Part shown: positions 27,265 to 38,145 of the stretch, piece by piece
Layout: every line of letters begins with the position of its first letter
Position numbering within the stretch: the first letter of the stretch is position 1
Source of the DNA: Camelus ferus
Lineage: Eukaryota
Length of the DNA: 64,000 nt
Direction of reading: 5' to 3'
NCBI RefSeq assembly: GCF_009834535.1
Contig: NC_045697.1
Location: 78,308,001-78,372,000, forward strand
Notes under the pieces: model-generated
Told to the model about the DNA's origin: nothing
Databases searched by the model: none
The model's input: only the letters and a program-made list of their open reading frames with translations
Made by a program: the position numbers and the translations under genes

Positions 27265-29334
27265 TCAGTAGTATTTCTTGAACATCTCTCAGATGTGTGG
27301 TCCTTCACCCAGACTCCCTCATTTTCCATCTTCAGCTATCTTGTTAGTTCCTACCTCGCTCAGGTTCTCATTATTCTCAGTTTATCCACATAACTGATGC
27401 CCCTCTACTCATCATTATACACTTTCCAGATTAATTTCCCATTCCCCATATGCAATGGTGCTCAAGCCAAAATGAACAACAAATTACTCTAATGCTCCCT
27501 GCATTAGAAATGTAACTAGTTAATGACTTTTATTTCTTGTTCTCTTCCTTCTCTCTAGAAGTAATCTTTATTTTTTTTCCCCTGGCTGATTCTTTCTTCC
27601 ATGTTTTTTAACCTTCAGTTCAAGAGATACTTTCTTTCCTGAATCCACCAGTTCTGGGTTATGTATTTGTTCTACATGCCCTCAAAATCAGCACATAGGT
27701 CATCACATGGTAATTAACTCTTACATAACTCAGCAATCTCTTTAAGCTAATAGAGAATTTTTAAGTGTGGGGTAGACCGGACAGGTGAGGGACTGCAGAG
27801 GAGGGGAGGGGAGGGCAGAGAGAACACTCAGGTCCTGATCACCTCACTCAAGCAGCTGTAGGAATCTCTGGACTTTAAAGTCCCATGAGCAAATTTTCTT
27901 TATAATTTTCTTTATTTTCTAGCTTCTTTGATACTGGGTTTTCTCATGTTTTCGGTGTGAAAAGTCCAAGTTGAATCAAAGAGGTAACATGAATTTCTCA
28001 GTAAAATGTATCCTCTAGAGCATTTGATGGGGAAAATAAGACCTGTTGGTAATCATGAGTTTGGGGATTTGTTAAGGTCTCGGTTCATATCCATTCTGAA
28101 CGTCAACTGCATATGGTAATTGACTCAATGTCATCTTTGACATGTATCATCTTTACTGTCTTTGTTTATGCTTTCTCAAAGTTACAAATGATGGAAGAGA
28201 TCATGAGTGGTTTATGACTGAGGTTTAATACTTTATGGGGATACTAGCTTGGAATTTGCAATCTAAAAGCTGTCTTGACATTTTCCTGATGTCTTTATTG
28301 TCTCCTTGGTCAGCCTCAAGTTGAATTCTACCTTCATTTCCCCCCTTCCTTTCTCCCTTTTCTCACTACTGGGAAAATAGGACCAATAATTCAATAAAAG
28401 AAACACTTAGCTAACAAGAGACCTTTCAAGTAGTTGTCATCTTCTAATGGAGAATTATTGCTCTATATATATTATCATAGCTAGAGCAGAACCACTTTGA
28501 GGATAAAAATGACTTGCAAGTTATTTCTTATATATATATATTTGCTCCAGAAATAGAAAATATCGAGTCTGCTGGGCTCCTATCCTGTAGTGAAAAGACA
28601 AAAATATGGAGGAACGTAGGTAATATAGTTAGAAAAAAATCCTATTGAGATAATATTCTACATGTCATTACTAAAATATTAGTCTGATAAGAGTCCATAA
28701 AAGATATTATTTCTCTAAAATTATGAAAAAAGTTAAAAATTCCATCAAATGTTTTAAAATATTATTTTCTGATTAAATAATAATACTTGCTCTTACAGTG
28801 AATTTTGAAAATTTAGGAAGAACTACAATCAATATATTAGTCTTGAAGTTGGCATTCAAGTGTTTAAATGAACAAGATAAAGGTCAAATGACAAAATATA
28901 ACTACTTAATGACTGTCTCAATTTTGTAGACAAAGGTATTCTAGGACCCCTAGATTTGTAGCTCCTCAGTGGCAAATATCCTCTGGCATGTAGAAGTTTC
29001 TTTCACGTAAACTCAGAGTTCAATTGCTGTGTGCTATAAATCTGTGGAAAGTTGCCCTAGCACAGAGACAGGGCTAGTATAGATTTTTTTCTCTTTTCCT
29101 CCTCTGTTTCTAATGAATAATTAACTTTGTGAAGGTGGACAAGATGGATCAGTGACTCAAAAGACCCTGACAGAATCAGGAACCGAATAGAAGCAAGTGG
29201 AGACTGCCAGGAAAAACAGTCACCATCGCACTGCTAGTCTGAAATTCCACCTGACCCAAGAGTGGGTATTCCACCTTCTCAGACTTCCATAAATGTGATT
29301 TCCATGGTATATGGTTAACAGAATGTGCCCTACC

Positions 29335-29563
29335 TGCCACCTGCCTGGGTTGGATGCTGATTCCTCAGCTGATTTTGTGACCTTTGAACAAGTAAGTTAC
29401 TTATTTTGTCAATTCCTCAGTTTCTCTGTCTGCAAAATGTAGAAAATGTGACATCATTAACTCACAGGGTGATTTTATATGAATTTCATGATGAAATCTG
29501 TGCCATATGTTTAGCCCACCACATTGTAAGGAGTAAATACACTCTAAACATTAATGATGATTA
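29335..29563 (+). mobile_element. MIR SINE
   Basis: tgtgacctttgaacaagtaagttactt...cctcagtttctctgtctgcaaaatg. Confidence 0.8.
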
Positions 29564-30419
29564 AGTCTAAATATTTGCACATCACCAATTATTTATAGAC
29601 CTAAGGACCATGCACACAACCTCTATTCAACTTGGTAGTTTAATGACTGATAGTCTTAGTGGATACACACTCAGTAATACTGCAGAATGTGAAACAGATT
29701 TTCTTCTAATAGCTTAAGTATTTGTTACACGGGCATTTCCAGAGTTGTGTTAACGATTTTAAAGAGTCATAAACACTGAATAAGCCCATCACTCACCCAG
29801 CTGCGTGAGCATTCCTTCACCTCGCTTCAAGCTCTGATCTGCAGCACTAAGTGAAAATATTCTCCTCTCCCTTCAACCTTCAAGCAAACTGCCTGCACTA
29901 AAGGGAGACTGGAGTTCTGCTATTTTGAATTTAAAAAATGAGAAGGGGATATTTCTATTTTTTTTTTATTCAGTGGACCATAATTTTTAGTAGCCTCTGA
30001 TGTATATATCATTTCATCACATAAGACTCACATTAACTTCAAAGGGAACGACACACAATGGCACACAAAGTGGTCAGAAACATTTCCAGGACATAATGAA
30101 GTATTATCTGAAGCAGTGCTGAAGCAGATGTCTTGGGAGAGGAAACAGTAGCAGCACACCAACTTAAGGAGCTGCCGCAGTCAGGCTGGGGTCACTCAGC
30201 CTTAACGAGATCATGCTGACGGCCAACCAGAAAGGCAGAGCTGGACGGGGGGGAAATGAAAGGGAAAAAAAAAAAAAAAAGAGAGAGAGAGAGAGAGAAA
30301 GAAAAAAGAAGCATTGGAGCCACCACTTTTGTTAAGGCCAGCTTGTACCTGTGACTTATTGGCAGAAAGCGCTGGTCATTCATAAATCTTCCCAGTTTCA
30401 GGGCTCTGGGGACATTGGA

Positions 30420-30545
30420 GAATGACGAAAACCCACGTGGGCACGCACTGTAACAGTAACCCATTAAACAACGCGGGACCCGGAAGAGAGGCCCCCAACT
30501 ACTTCCGGTTTGCAGGGGCGTTAGAATCCACTTCCTGTTAGAGCA
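30420..30545. promoter_or_regulatory. Candidate enhancer/promoter: ETS, E-box and XRE motif cluster
   Basis: CCACGTGG 30433-30440, GCACGCA 30441-30447, CCGGAAG 30480-30486, ACTTCCGGT 30501-30509, CACTTCCTGT 30529-30538; CpG locally retained in a CpG-poor window. Confidence 0.55.
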
Positions 30546-31511
30546 GGGAGGTCCTCGGACCTTCCACCCACATCACAGCAAGATTAGGGCCAAAGACTCC
30601 TGCTTCGATGAGCATGATGAAGGGGGGTTTTTACCACTAAGGCGATTGCCTTGGCAGCAGTGACGTTCTAATTCTTCCCTGTTCCCTTTTAGAAAACTCC
30701 AGGTCTCCGTATTCTGGGGATGGACTAAAGGGAAAAAAGGGTAGTTAAGATAGGCTCAGAATTGAGTTGAGGGTCTGATATCCCAAATATTATTCTATGG
30801 AAATCTCTTCAGTTATAAGATTCCTCAGGGCTGCAGCTCCTATGCTTGGGGCTTTGGATGGGAAATGCAGAAGGCTGTCAACTTAGCTGAGTACAAAGAG
30901 CAGTGATTCTGCAGGGAGAAGCATGGCAGGGGTAGAAGGATCAATGCCCATTATTTTTAAATCTCCCTGGACCTCTTCCATGACTGTAATACTTAACTGT
31001 TAGTAGAGTACAAAACAAGATGTAGTAGGAAAATACAACTTTGGGAGAGAAAACACTTTTTATTGCCCACTACCCAGTGCTGTTTGGAGTGGTTAACATG
31101 GATTGCTCACGAGGATTATCCTCTGCCCACTGCCTTTGCTGATGAGTTGTTAAGGGATCTGATTAATGGAGCAAATATGGTTTCGGCATAACAGTCAAGA
31201 TGGGCCCTTTAGACAAAGCAGGATTTGTCTCCTTTACCCAATGCCCATTCAAGATGGACAAGTCGACATTTAAAAAATGGAAAACAGATGTTTCATACAA
31301 AGCTTTAAAAGTGTCAGGTATAGATGAAGGACCCCAGCTACTCAGATGGATTGGATCCAAGAACGGAATGTGGAGAAATCTGGCATTTCATCCGGCAGGC
31401 ATACGTGCATTATAAAATAATCATAGTTTCCCTCTGAATAAAGGGAAGTTATCCAGAATTAGTAAATCAGGATAGAATGGTTTCTGAATATCCGATAGTC
31501 ATCACACTAAT

Positions 31512-31645
31512 TTTTTCCAGTTTTATTGAGGTATAACTGACAAACAGAATAGTATATATTTAAGGCATACAGTGTGATGACTTGATATACACATACATGT
31601 GAAATGATTTCAACAATATGTTAAATTAACATATCCATCACTGTC
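31512..31645 (-). mobile_element. L1MA-like 3' end
   Basis: cagttttattgaggtataactgacaaa...ttaacatatccatcac. Confidence 0.85.
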
Positions 31646-31935
31646 ATCATACTAGTTAATTGTTATTCTAAACAACTGGCTTGTCAGATCATTATCACCA
31701 AGTGCCTTTTAATAAAGAGGCTAATACAACTTGGAATAAAGTTATAACTCTGAATATATTGCTAACTGAGTATCACTGAAATTCAGTCCACTGCACAACA
31801 CTCTACAAACTTTATGTGGAATATTTGGTAAGCTTACTTTCATTCTCTTAAAGCAAAGCAAAAGGAGACCATCTACAAAGACATGTGTATGTTTTTAAAT
31901 TTTAAGTAAATACATGTTTTTTTAACTCTCCAATG

Positions 31936-32101
31936 CAGTGATGTCACGTTGCAATTACCTGGGGATACTTTTTAAAAACACTTGTGCTGGGCTTCACCTT
32001 TAGATATTTTGATTTTATTTGTTCATGGTGGAGCTGGGACACTAGAAAATTTTAAAAGCTCCTAAGGTTATTGTAATATGTGACCAAGTTGAAAACTCCT
32101 G
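31936..32101. mobile_element. MER5-family hAT MITE
   Basis: cagtg...aattacctgggga...ttttaaaagctcctaaggttattgtaatatg...gttgaaaactcctg. Confidence 0.75.
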
Positions 32102-32244
32102 CTTTGATGTAGTTAGGTATCTAAAATATATGGCTATATTGTACCTTTTGTACTCTCCTGTTTGCTGGGGTATACTATAGAACATGCCAAGGGCTACTCC
32201 CAGCATTTTTTTCTAGGACCCAGCATACCTCCTTATGTTCTCAA

Positions 32245-32460
32245 TCGTAGTGAAAATATGGATGCTAGTGTAGAAATGCCTGGTTTGGATTTCCAGCTCT
32301 CCACCTACTACCTATGTGACCTTGGACAAGTTATGAATGCTCTCTGTTCCCCAGTTTTTTGTGTGTTAATGGTGATAATAATGGTATCTACTCGGAGTTG
32401 TCAAGATGCAATAGAGATTATATATAAATGAGTTATTATATATAAAGCCCTTAGAACAAT
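32245..32460 (+). mobile_element. MIR SINE
   Basis: cctggtttggatttccagctctccacctactacctatgtgaccttggacaagtta. Confidence 0.85.
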
Positions 32461-32681
32461 TTTTTGGAAATATCTTTTCTTACTACTAAAAAGAATTCTA
32501 GCTCTAAGTCTTACTCTCTCTCTGCCAGTCACAAAGAGTCCAATAAATACAAAGTAAAAACAATCATTAAATTTTTATATTCAACAACACCCCCAGAATT
32601 TCACATCATTTTTCTGCTTTGTCAAAAAAAATTCTTTATATCAAAAAAGGTGAGAATGCTTATGAGTTGTCTCCAATTCTG

Positions 32682-32806
32682 TAGTTTCTCAAGCTTTGGT
32701 CCCTGGAAACCATCTTAAGTGTTTCTCAGATATTGAGTTGCCTGGACCCCATTACCAGATATTCTGAGGATGATTCTTATGAGCAGTAAAGTCTGAAAAC
32801 AGCTGC
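32682..32806. mobile_element. MER5A-like hAT MITE fragment
   Basis: tagtttctcaagctttggtccctgga...gatgattcttatgagcagtaaagtctgaaaacagctg. Confidence 0.6.
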
Positions 32807-33902
32807 TCCAGGCCACGCCTGTGAGCCGACAGTGGTAGGAGAACTGTTGTGTTCTTTCACCTTGTAGCCTTGGTGTGTCCTCAGGAAGAATCTTGAAAAT
32901 AATCAATACAAGGTGTCTACTAGAGGACACGGTGATACTGTTGCCAGTGTGTTTATGCAGGAACTGCTTCAAGGTTGTAGATTTTGACTTTGCATGATGA
33001 AGCAGTTTAACTTTGTCTCCAAAGGAGCACTTGCTACTTTCTAGAACTTTTAAGTGGGTTTCTCTTCCTGGATAATTATCTTCTCAAGACACAGACATGT
33101 CTTATGGATCTTGTGGACTCACAGGGGTATGTTGAATACTTCCTCAGAATGCTCTAAGTACCCTCTTGGTGCCTGGGACTGGCCAGAACTGACAGCCTGT
33201 CTAGGGAAGGGAGGGGGCACTCTGAGCCAGACCAGGACCCATGTTCCGAACCCTGTTCCTGTTTCTTGTTTTGCCCCATGAAGCTGATCTCTAAGTCTGA
33301 CACTCTCCTATGCACCATATCAGATGCCCAGAGGAGCTCTAAGACCCCTGCGTGAGGAGTCTTCAGGAGTCCCAAGGCCAGGCTCATTTCCAGGAGGGCA
33401 GCCTGGTGAGTGGATTGTTCCCCAGGACTGGCATGGAATTTTCATAGGATTGTGTAAGAAGACACTGCCAGATGGTGCTGATTCTGACTGGGGGAGACCC
33501 ACTCATTTCCATAGGGAATAAAGAATTTTCAAATGCAGTGATTGGAAAATTGTATAGATATACCTCTTCTTTATTTATTATTCTAAATCTTCACCCATAA
33601 ATCACCATGTCTCACCTCACATTATTTTTTTTCTAAATATAAGGATGCCACAACAATTATTTGCACATCCTAGAGGTGCTCCTGACTCCAACTTGTACTC
33701 TCTATTTGTCACCAAGCTTAAAACCATCAGCAATAACTACCTCTTTTCTTCTGGGATGCCCATTACACAAATTCAGTTGTAGTTACTCTAAGATCTTTAC
33801 AAGAAAGTTAGCTGCATTCTGAGGATTAGTTATGAATGAGAAGAGTCAAACTCTAATAAACTAGGAATTGGTGCAATAAAAATTAGAAACATAGATGTTA
33901 AG

Positions 33903-34303
33903 TACTTAAGGATAGGCTAGGATATGCAGCTGTAATCACTCCACAGACCTTTGTGAATTACAGAAACCAAACTTTTGTTTCTCACCCACACAACAGGTCC
34001 ATCGTGCAGTGATTATGGGCTTTTTCCCAAGTGTCTTCTTGGGACTCAGACAGGCAGAACGGTCATATCAGAAACATTGCCAGTTCCAACAGCAGAGGAA
34101 AAGAAACTCTGGAAGTCTTCACATAAGCAATTTAATAACTTGATCTAGAAAGGATGCGTATCACTTCTGCTCACAACTTAACAGTTAGTCCTAGTCGCGC
34201 GATGCTCACTTAATGACAAGGGGTCCAAGAAGTGCAATCCAACTATTTTTCCAAAAGTCGAACAGCCAGAAATGTTTGGGGAACAACACTAATGACTACC
34301 ACA
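33903..34303 (-). mobile_element. MLT1 (MLT1I-like) solo LTR
   Basis: ggataggctaggatatgcagctgtaa...tcacttctgctcacaac...gaagtgcaatcc...gaacaacactaatgactaccaca. Confidence 0.85.
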
Positions 34304-35224
34304 GATGTATTCAAGGTAGGACACTTATTCAGTATTTTGTGAATTTCTAAAGGAAATGTCTAGAATTGTTGTATGTCTTGTAAGAAATATCTTCTAAAAA
34401 AACTGTAACAGAAAATGAGAAAATAAGAAAAGGTATAAACAAAAGACTTCTTATAAATAATAAATATTAGACAATTTAAAGCTAATTTCTATATTTATAA
34501 TTTATAAAGAACAAGTCAATAAAATTAATTTTATTTCCTTCTAAGAGTCATGTAGCATGGAATTCATGCTAGAATCCAAAAGCAGAAGACTGAGCAAAGG
34601 AAAGGTCATATACCCAAATACTAAGATTGTTGTTTCTAGGTCAGGAGTAGATGAGAAACAACTTTTCCTTTCTTTTCATTTTTTTTTCTTTTTACTTTCT
34701 GCTCCAAGTATCCCAAAATGAATGTAGATTGGTTTTATAATGGAAAATTACATGAAATAATCCCTATATTACTAGAGTCATGTCTTAAAGAAGGGGAAAC
34801 TGATGGATTTTTAGTAATAAATATAAAACCAAGTTATTAACCAGTAGGTTAGTTAGCTGGGGAAATCTTTTCCTTCCTTAGAAGTTTAAAAGTAATATTT
34901 GTACTGATTAATTTGGAGGTTGAAACCTAGTAAAGGGTTGGAGATGATCCGTCCCAGCCCTGGATTGGTACCAAAAGATTTTCACTCTACTTTAGACAAC
35001 TCTGTGAGAAGCACAGCTGCTTGTCAAAGAGAAGACCTCTGTTTATATTTCAGCTTTTAGCATTTTGTATTTATTTAGCTATCTTTTAGGTATTTGGTTT
35101 TGATGAGACCTGGAATGTGACTTAGGAACATTACAACATATCTTAGGCTTTTATTGAATTTTGAAACAAAATAATGGATGATCAAAGTTTTTGAAAGGGC
35201 ATTTTTTTTCATAATTAAAAAAAT

Positions 35225-35415
35225 ACAATGTCATAGTGACAGACTGCAGAGCAGTGGTTGCTTTAGAAGGAGGACAGGGAGATGTGGGGGGATTAGAAAC
35301 GGCATAAGGAAATATTGGGGGATCAATGGATATCCTCTTCATTTTAGGTATGATTTCATATATACATATATTATAACTTACCAAATTATTTAAGTATGTG
35401 CAATTATACCGAAAT
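35225..35415 (+). mobile_element. Old L1 (L1MC/MD-like) 3' end
   Basis: agcagtggttgctt...ggcataaggaaatattggggg...tttaagtatgtgcaatt. Confidence 0.65.
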
Positions 35416-35589
35416 GAGGATGGTTACAAATATAATTCAGTGTATCCTATCAGTGGTGGTTATTTGAGGGTCTTTATCTTACATTAAGCTACTAAGCTAT
35501 AAAGGTCAGACCTAAATTCCCTAATATTTAATATTTTTATCAAACTTGGAGGTTGGAATGTGAAATTTTCAGATGATAACCAAGCTGGA

Positions 35590-36678
35590 GAGAATGAAAA
35601 GAACTGTGAGAGTCAGTGTCTGTATGAAGTAAGGACATGAAATTAACAAACTGGAAGTAACCAGTAACCATTAATTATGCTTTTAAGTTGTAAATGTACT
35701 CAGGTTAACTAGACAGAATCTTTATTTGAAGCTGTTTTGTTGGTTGCTGTTAAACACTATGGTAATCTACCAATATGTATTATGGGTGGTATTTACCCAG
35801 AGAGTTTTGTCATTAATTGGGACTGACATGGTATAGTTGTGACTAAGGAACAATTTATATAAACCCACTTTGGTTTGGTGAGTCTGAGAATAGCATTGAA
35901 TGTGTGAGTCTGCAGATAACATTCAATGGATGATCATAAATGAAATTCTGAATTCCAAGATAAACATCAATATTGAATGTTAGCATATGCAATGGGAACA
36001 AACTGGGTAACTATTATAAAATTTAGAAATATTGTGCTTGCTATGAAATGTGATTTCTTTCTATTCTCAGTATATTGAATTTTTGGATTTTAAGTTCAAT
36101 GTTAAAATTCAGGCTAATAACTAAAATGATGCTAAGCCACTAGTCATAACTGAGGCTATTTCTACATGAAGAAATGCATAAGTGAGGTGAAAATATTCTT
36201 TTGATCCAACAGATCAGCTGTGGTGCTTAAGTTCTACAAAGACATAGACATTTGAGCCACTTTGATCATCCCACCATTTATAAAGGCCACAGCTGATTGG
36301 ATTAAGAGACATTTGCTTTCAGAGCTATCCTGCCACTGAATACGTAGAAATAATCTAATTAACAAACTACTTTTTAAATTCTAATATTTCACCTGCACAG
36401 TGAGGGATGATCCAGTTGCAAATGGATATTTGTTAACATTTCCATGTAAATGGCTGATGGTTCAAATAATAACTGAAAACTACCTGAAAAACATACTCTC
36501 CTACAGAAAAAGCTCCTGGATGAGAGCGTGATTTGTACCTTGGCCAAAATAGGCAGGCAGTTTTCAATATATTTTCCCCCAAGCCTTTGAAGTGGAACTC
36601 AGGAAGCATTATGTTAAAAATATTGGAAGTTAAGTTCCTGGAGGTGGATACTATTGCCAGTTCTGTCTGTTTAGCCAC
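35590..36678 (-). pseudogene. Tentative decayed adhesion-GPCR (latrophilin-like) GAIN-B/GPS/7TM block
   Basis: Colinear degenerate motifs: IVSTSRN...LPEFHFK...KTACLFW (CxFW at 36544-36555), IFTSLMHFF (36168-36194), RKKSHFIASTIF (36027-36062), Y-x5-(CW)L-x5-F..(W)S...N (35895-35987). Many stops and frameshifts; aligned by eye only. Confidence 0.4.
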
Positions 36679-36988
36679 TAGCGGAGTGACTCTTTCAGGG
36701 AGGGACTAAACGTGTGTTTGGATTTTAAAGACCAGCAAGATTAGACTTGAATGCAACCTGACTAGACCTAGATGATAGCTAACTAATGAAGTTCATGAAG
36801 AGTTGATAGATGTCTGTAAAACTTCTGTCCCCAAATAGTTAAGGCAGCACATAGGCAATCACTAAATGTTTGAGTGACTGACTGATGAAGATGCTTGTGA
36901 CATTGAAGAATGAGGGAGAACAGAGCATCTCTAATAAATACTCATATCTGGAGTTCAGAAAAAAGAAAGAAAAAGAAAACCAAGATTT

Positions 36989-37097
36989 GAGGTGGTGTAT
37001 AGCTCAGTGGTAGAGCATGTGTTTGGTGTGCATGAGGTCCTGGGTTCAATCCCCAGTATTTCTGTTAAGGGAAAAAAAATAGAAAGAAAGAAAAAAA
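36989..37097 (+). mobile_element. tRNA-derived SINE, camelid vic-1-like
   Basis: gtatagctcagtggtagagcatgtg...gaggtcctgggttcaatccccagta plus A-rich tail; no clear TSD. Confidence 0.9.
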
Positions 37098-37369
37098 TGG
37101 AGCCCAGAAAAATGTGGTTATATTCACAGTGCTCTTTCTCAGAACAGTGGAAAGTAGAGATAGCAATTGATATTCCAATAAAGAAAAGCTCATTTCTATA
37201 AAACAAGCTTGTAGTGTCAAGAAAAAATTTGAAAACTTAACAAGCCATGCTCTTATTGGACCCATAAATGTTAATTGTAACAGTGGTACAGATATGCAAT
37301 TTTATATATAAAGCAAACATTTTTATTTAATTCACAAATACAAGGTTGAATTTTTTGTAATAATATGAA

Positions 37370-38145
37370 CTTTTTTCTAACCAATGTTGTTGAGGAATAA
37401 TATGTACACTGGGTGCATCAATTTCAAGTATAGAATTTTGAGTTTTGACAGTTGTATGCACCCACGCACCTCCACCATGATTAAGTTACATTGCATTTCC
37501 GTCATCCCCAAAGACTTCTTGTGCCTCTTTGCAGTTTATCTCTCCCTTTGCTCCAGGCCAGAGGCAACCACTGATCTGCATTTTGTCACTCTAGTTTGTA
37601 TTTTATATCAGTGGAGTCATATTGAATGTAGCATTTCATTATGGACCTTTCATTCAGTGTATTATTTTTGAAATTCATCCATGCTGTTCCATGTTGTGTG
37701 TTTCAATAGTTTCTTCCTTTTTATCACTCAGTACTGTTTCATTGTACAAGTATATGTTTACCCATTCCCCTATTGATGGTGTTTGGATTGTTTCCACTTT
37801 GGAGCTGTTGTGAATAAAGCTGATATGAACATTTGTGTATAAATCCTTGTGTGTACATTTTGTTCCATTCCTCTTGAGTAAATAAGTCCACTTAAGAATG
37901 GAATGACTAGGTATATGGTAGGTACAGCTTTAACTTTTTAAGAAGCTATGAAACAAATTTCCGTAGTGGCTGTACCATTTCACATTCCCACCAGCAGTGT
38001 ATGAGAGATCAAGTTGCTCCACATCCTTGCCAACACTTGATATTATCAGTCTTTTAAAATTTTAGCCATTCTGGTAAATGTGTTGTAATATCTTACTATG
38101 GTTTTAATTTGCATTTTCCTGATGAATTGAACCTTTGAACATTTA
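37370..38145 (-). mobile_element. Old L1 (L1MD/ME-like) 3' region
   Basis: gagttttgacagttgtatgcaccc...aggcaaccactgatctg...gtggctgtaccatttcacattcccaccagcagtgtatgag. Confidence 0.9.
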
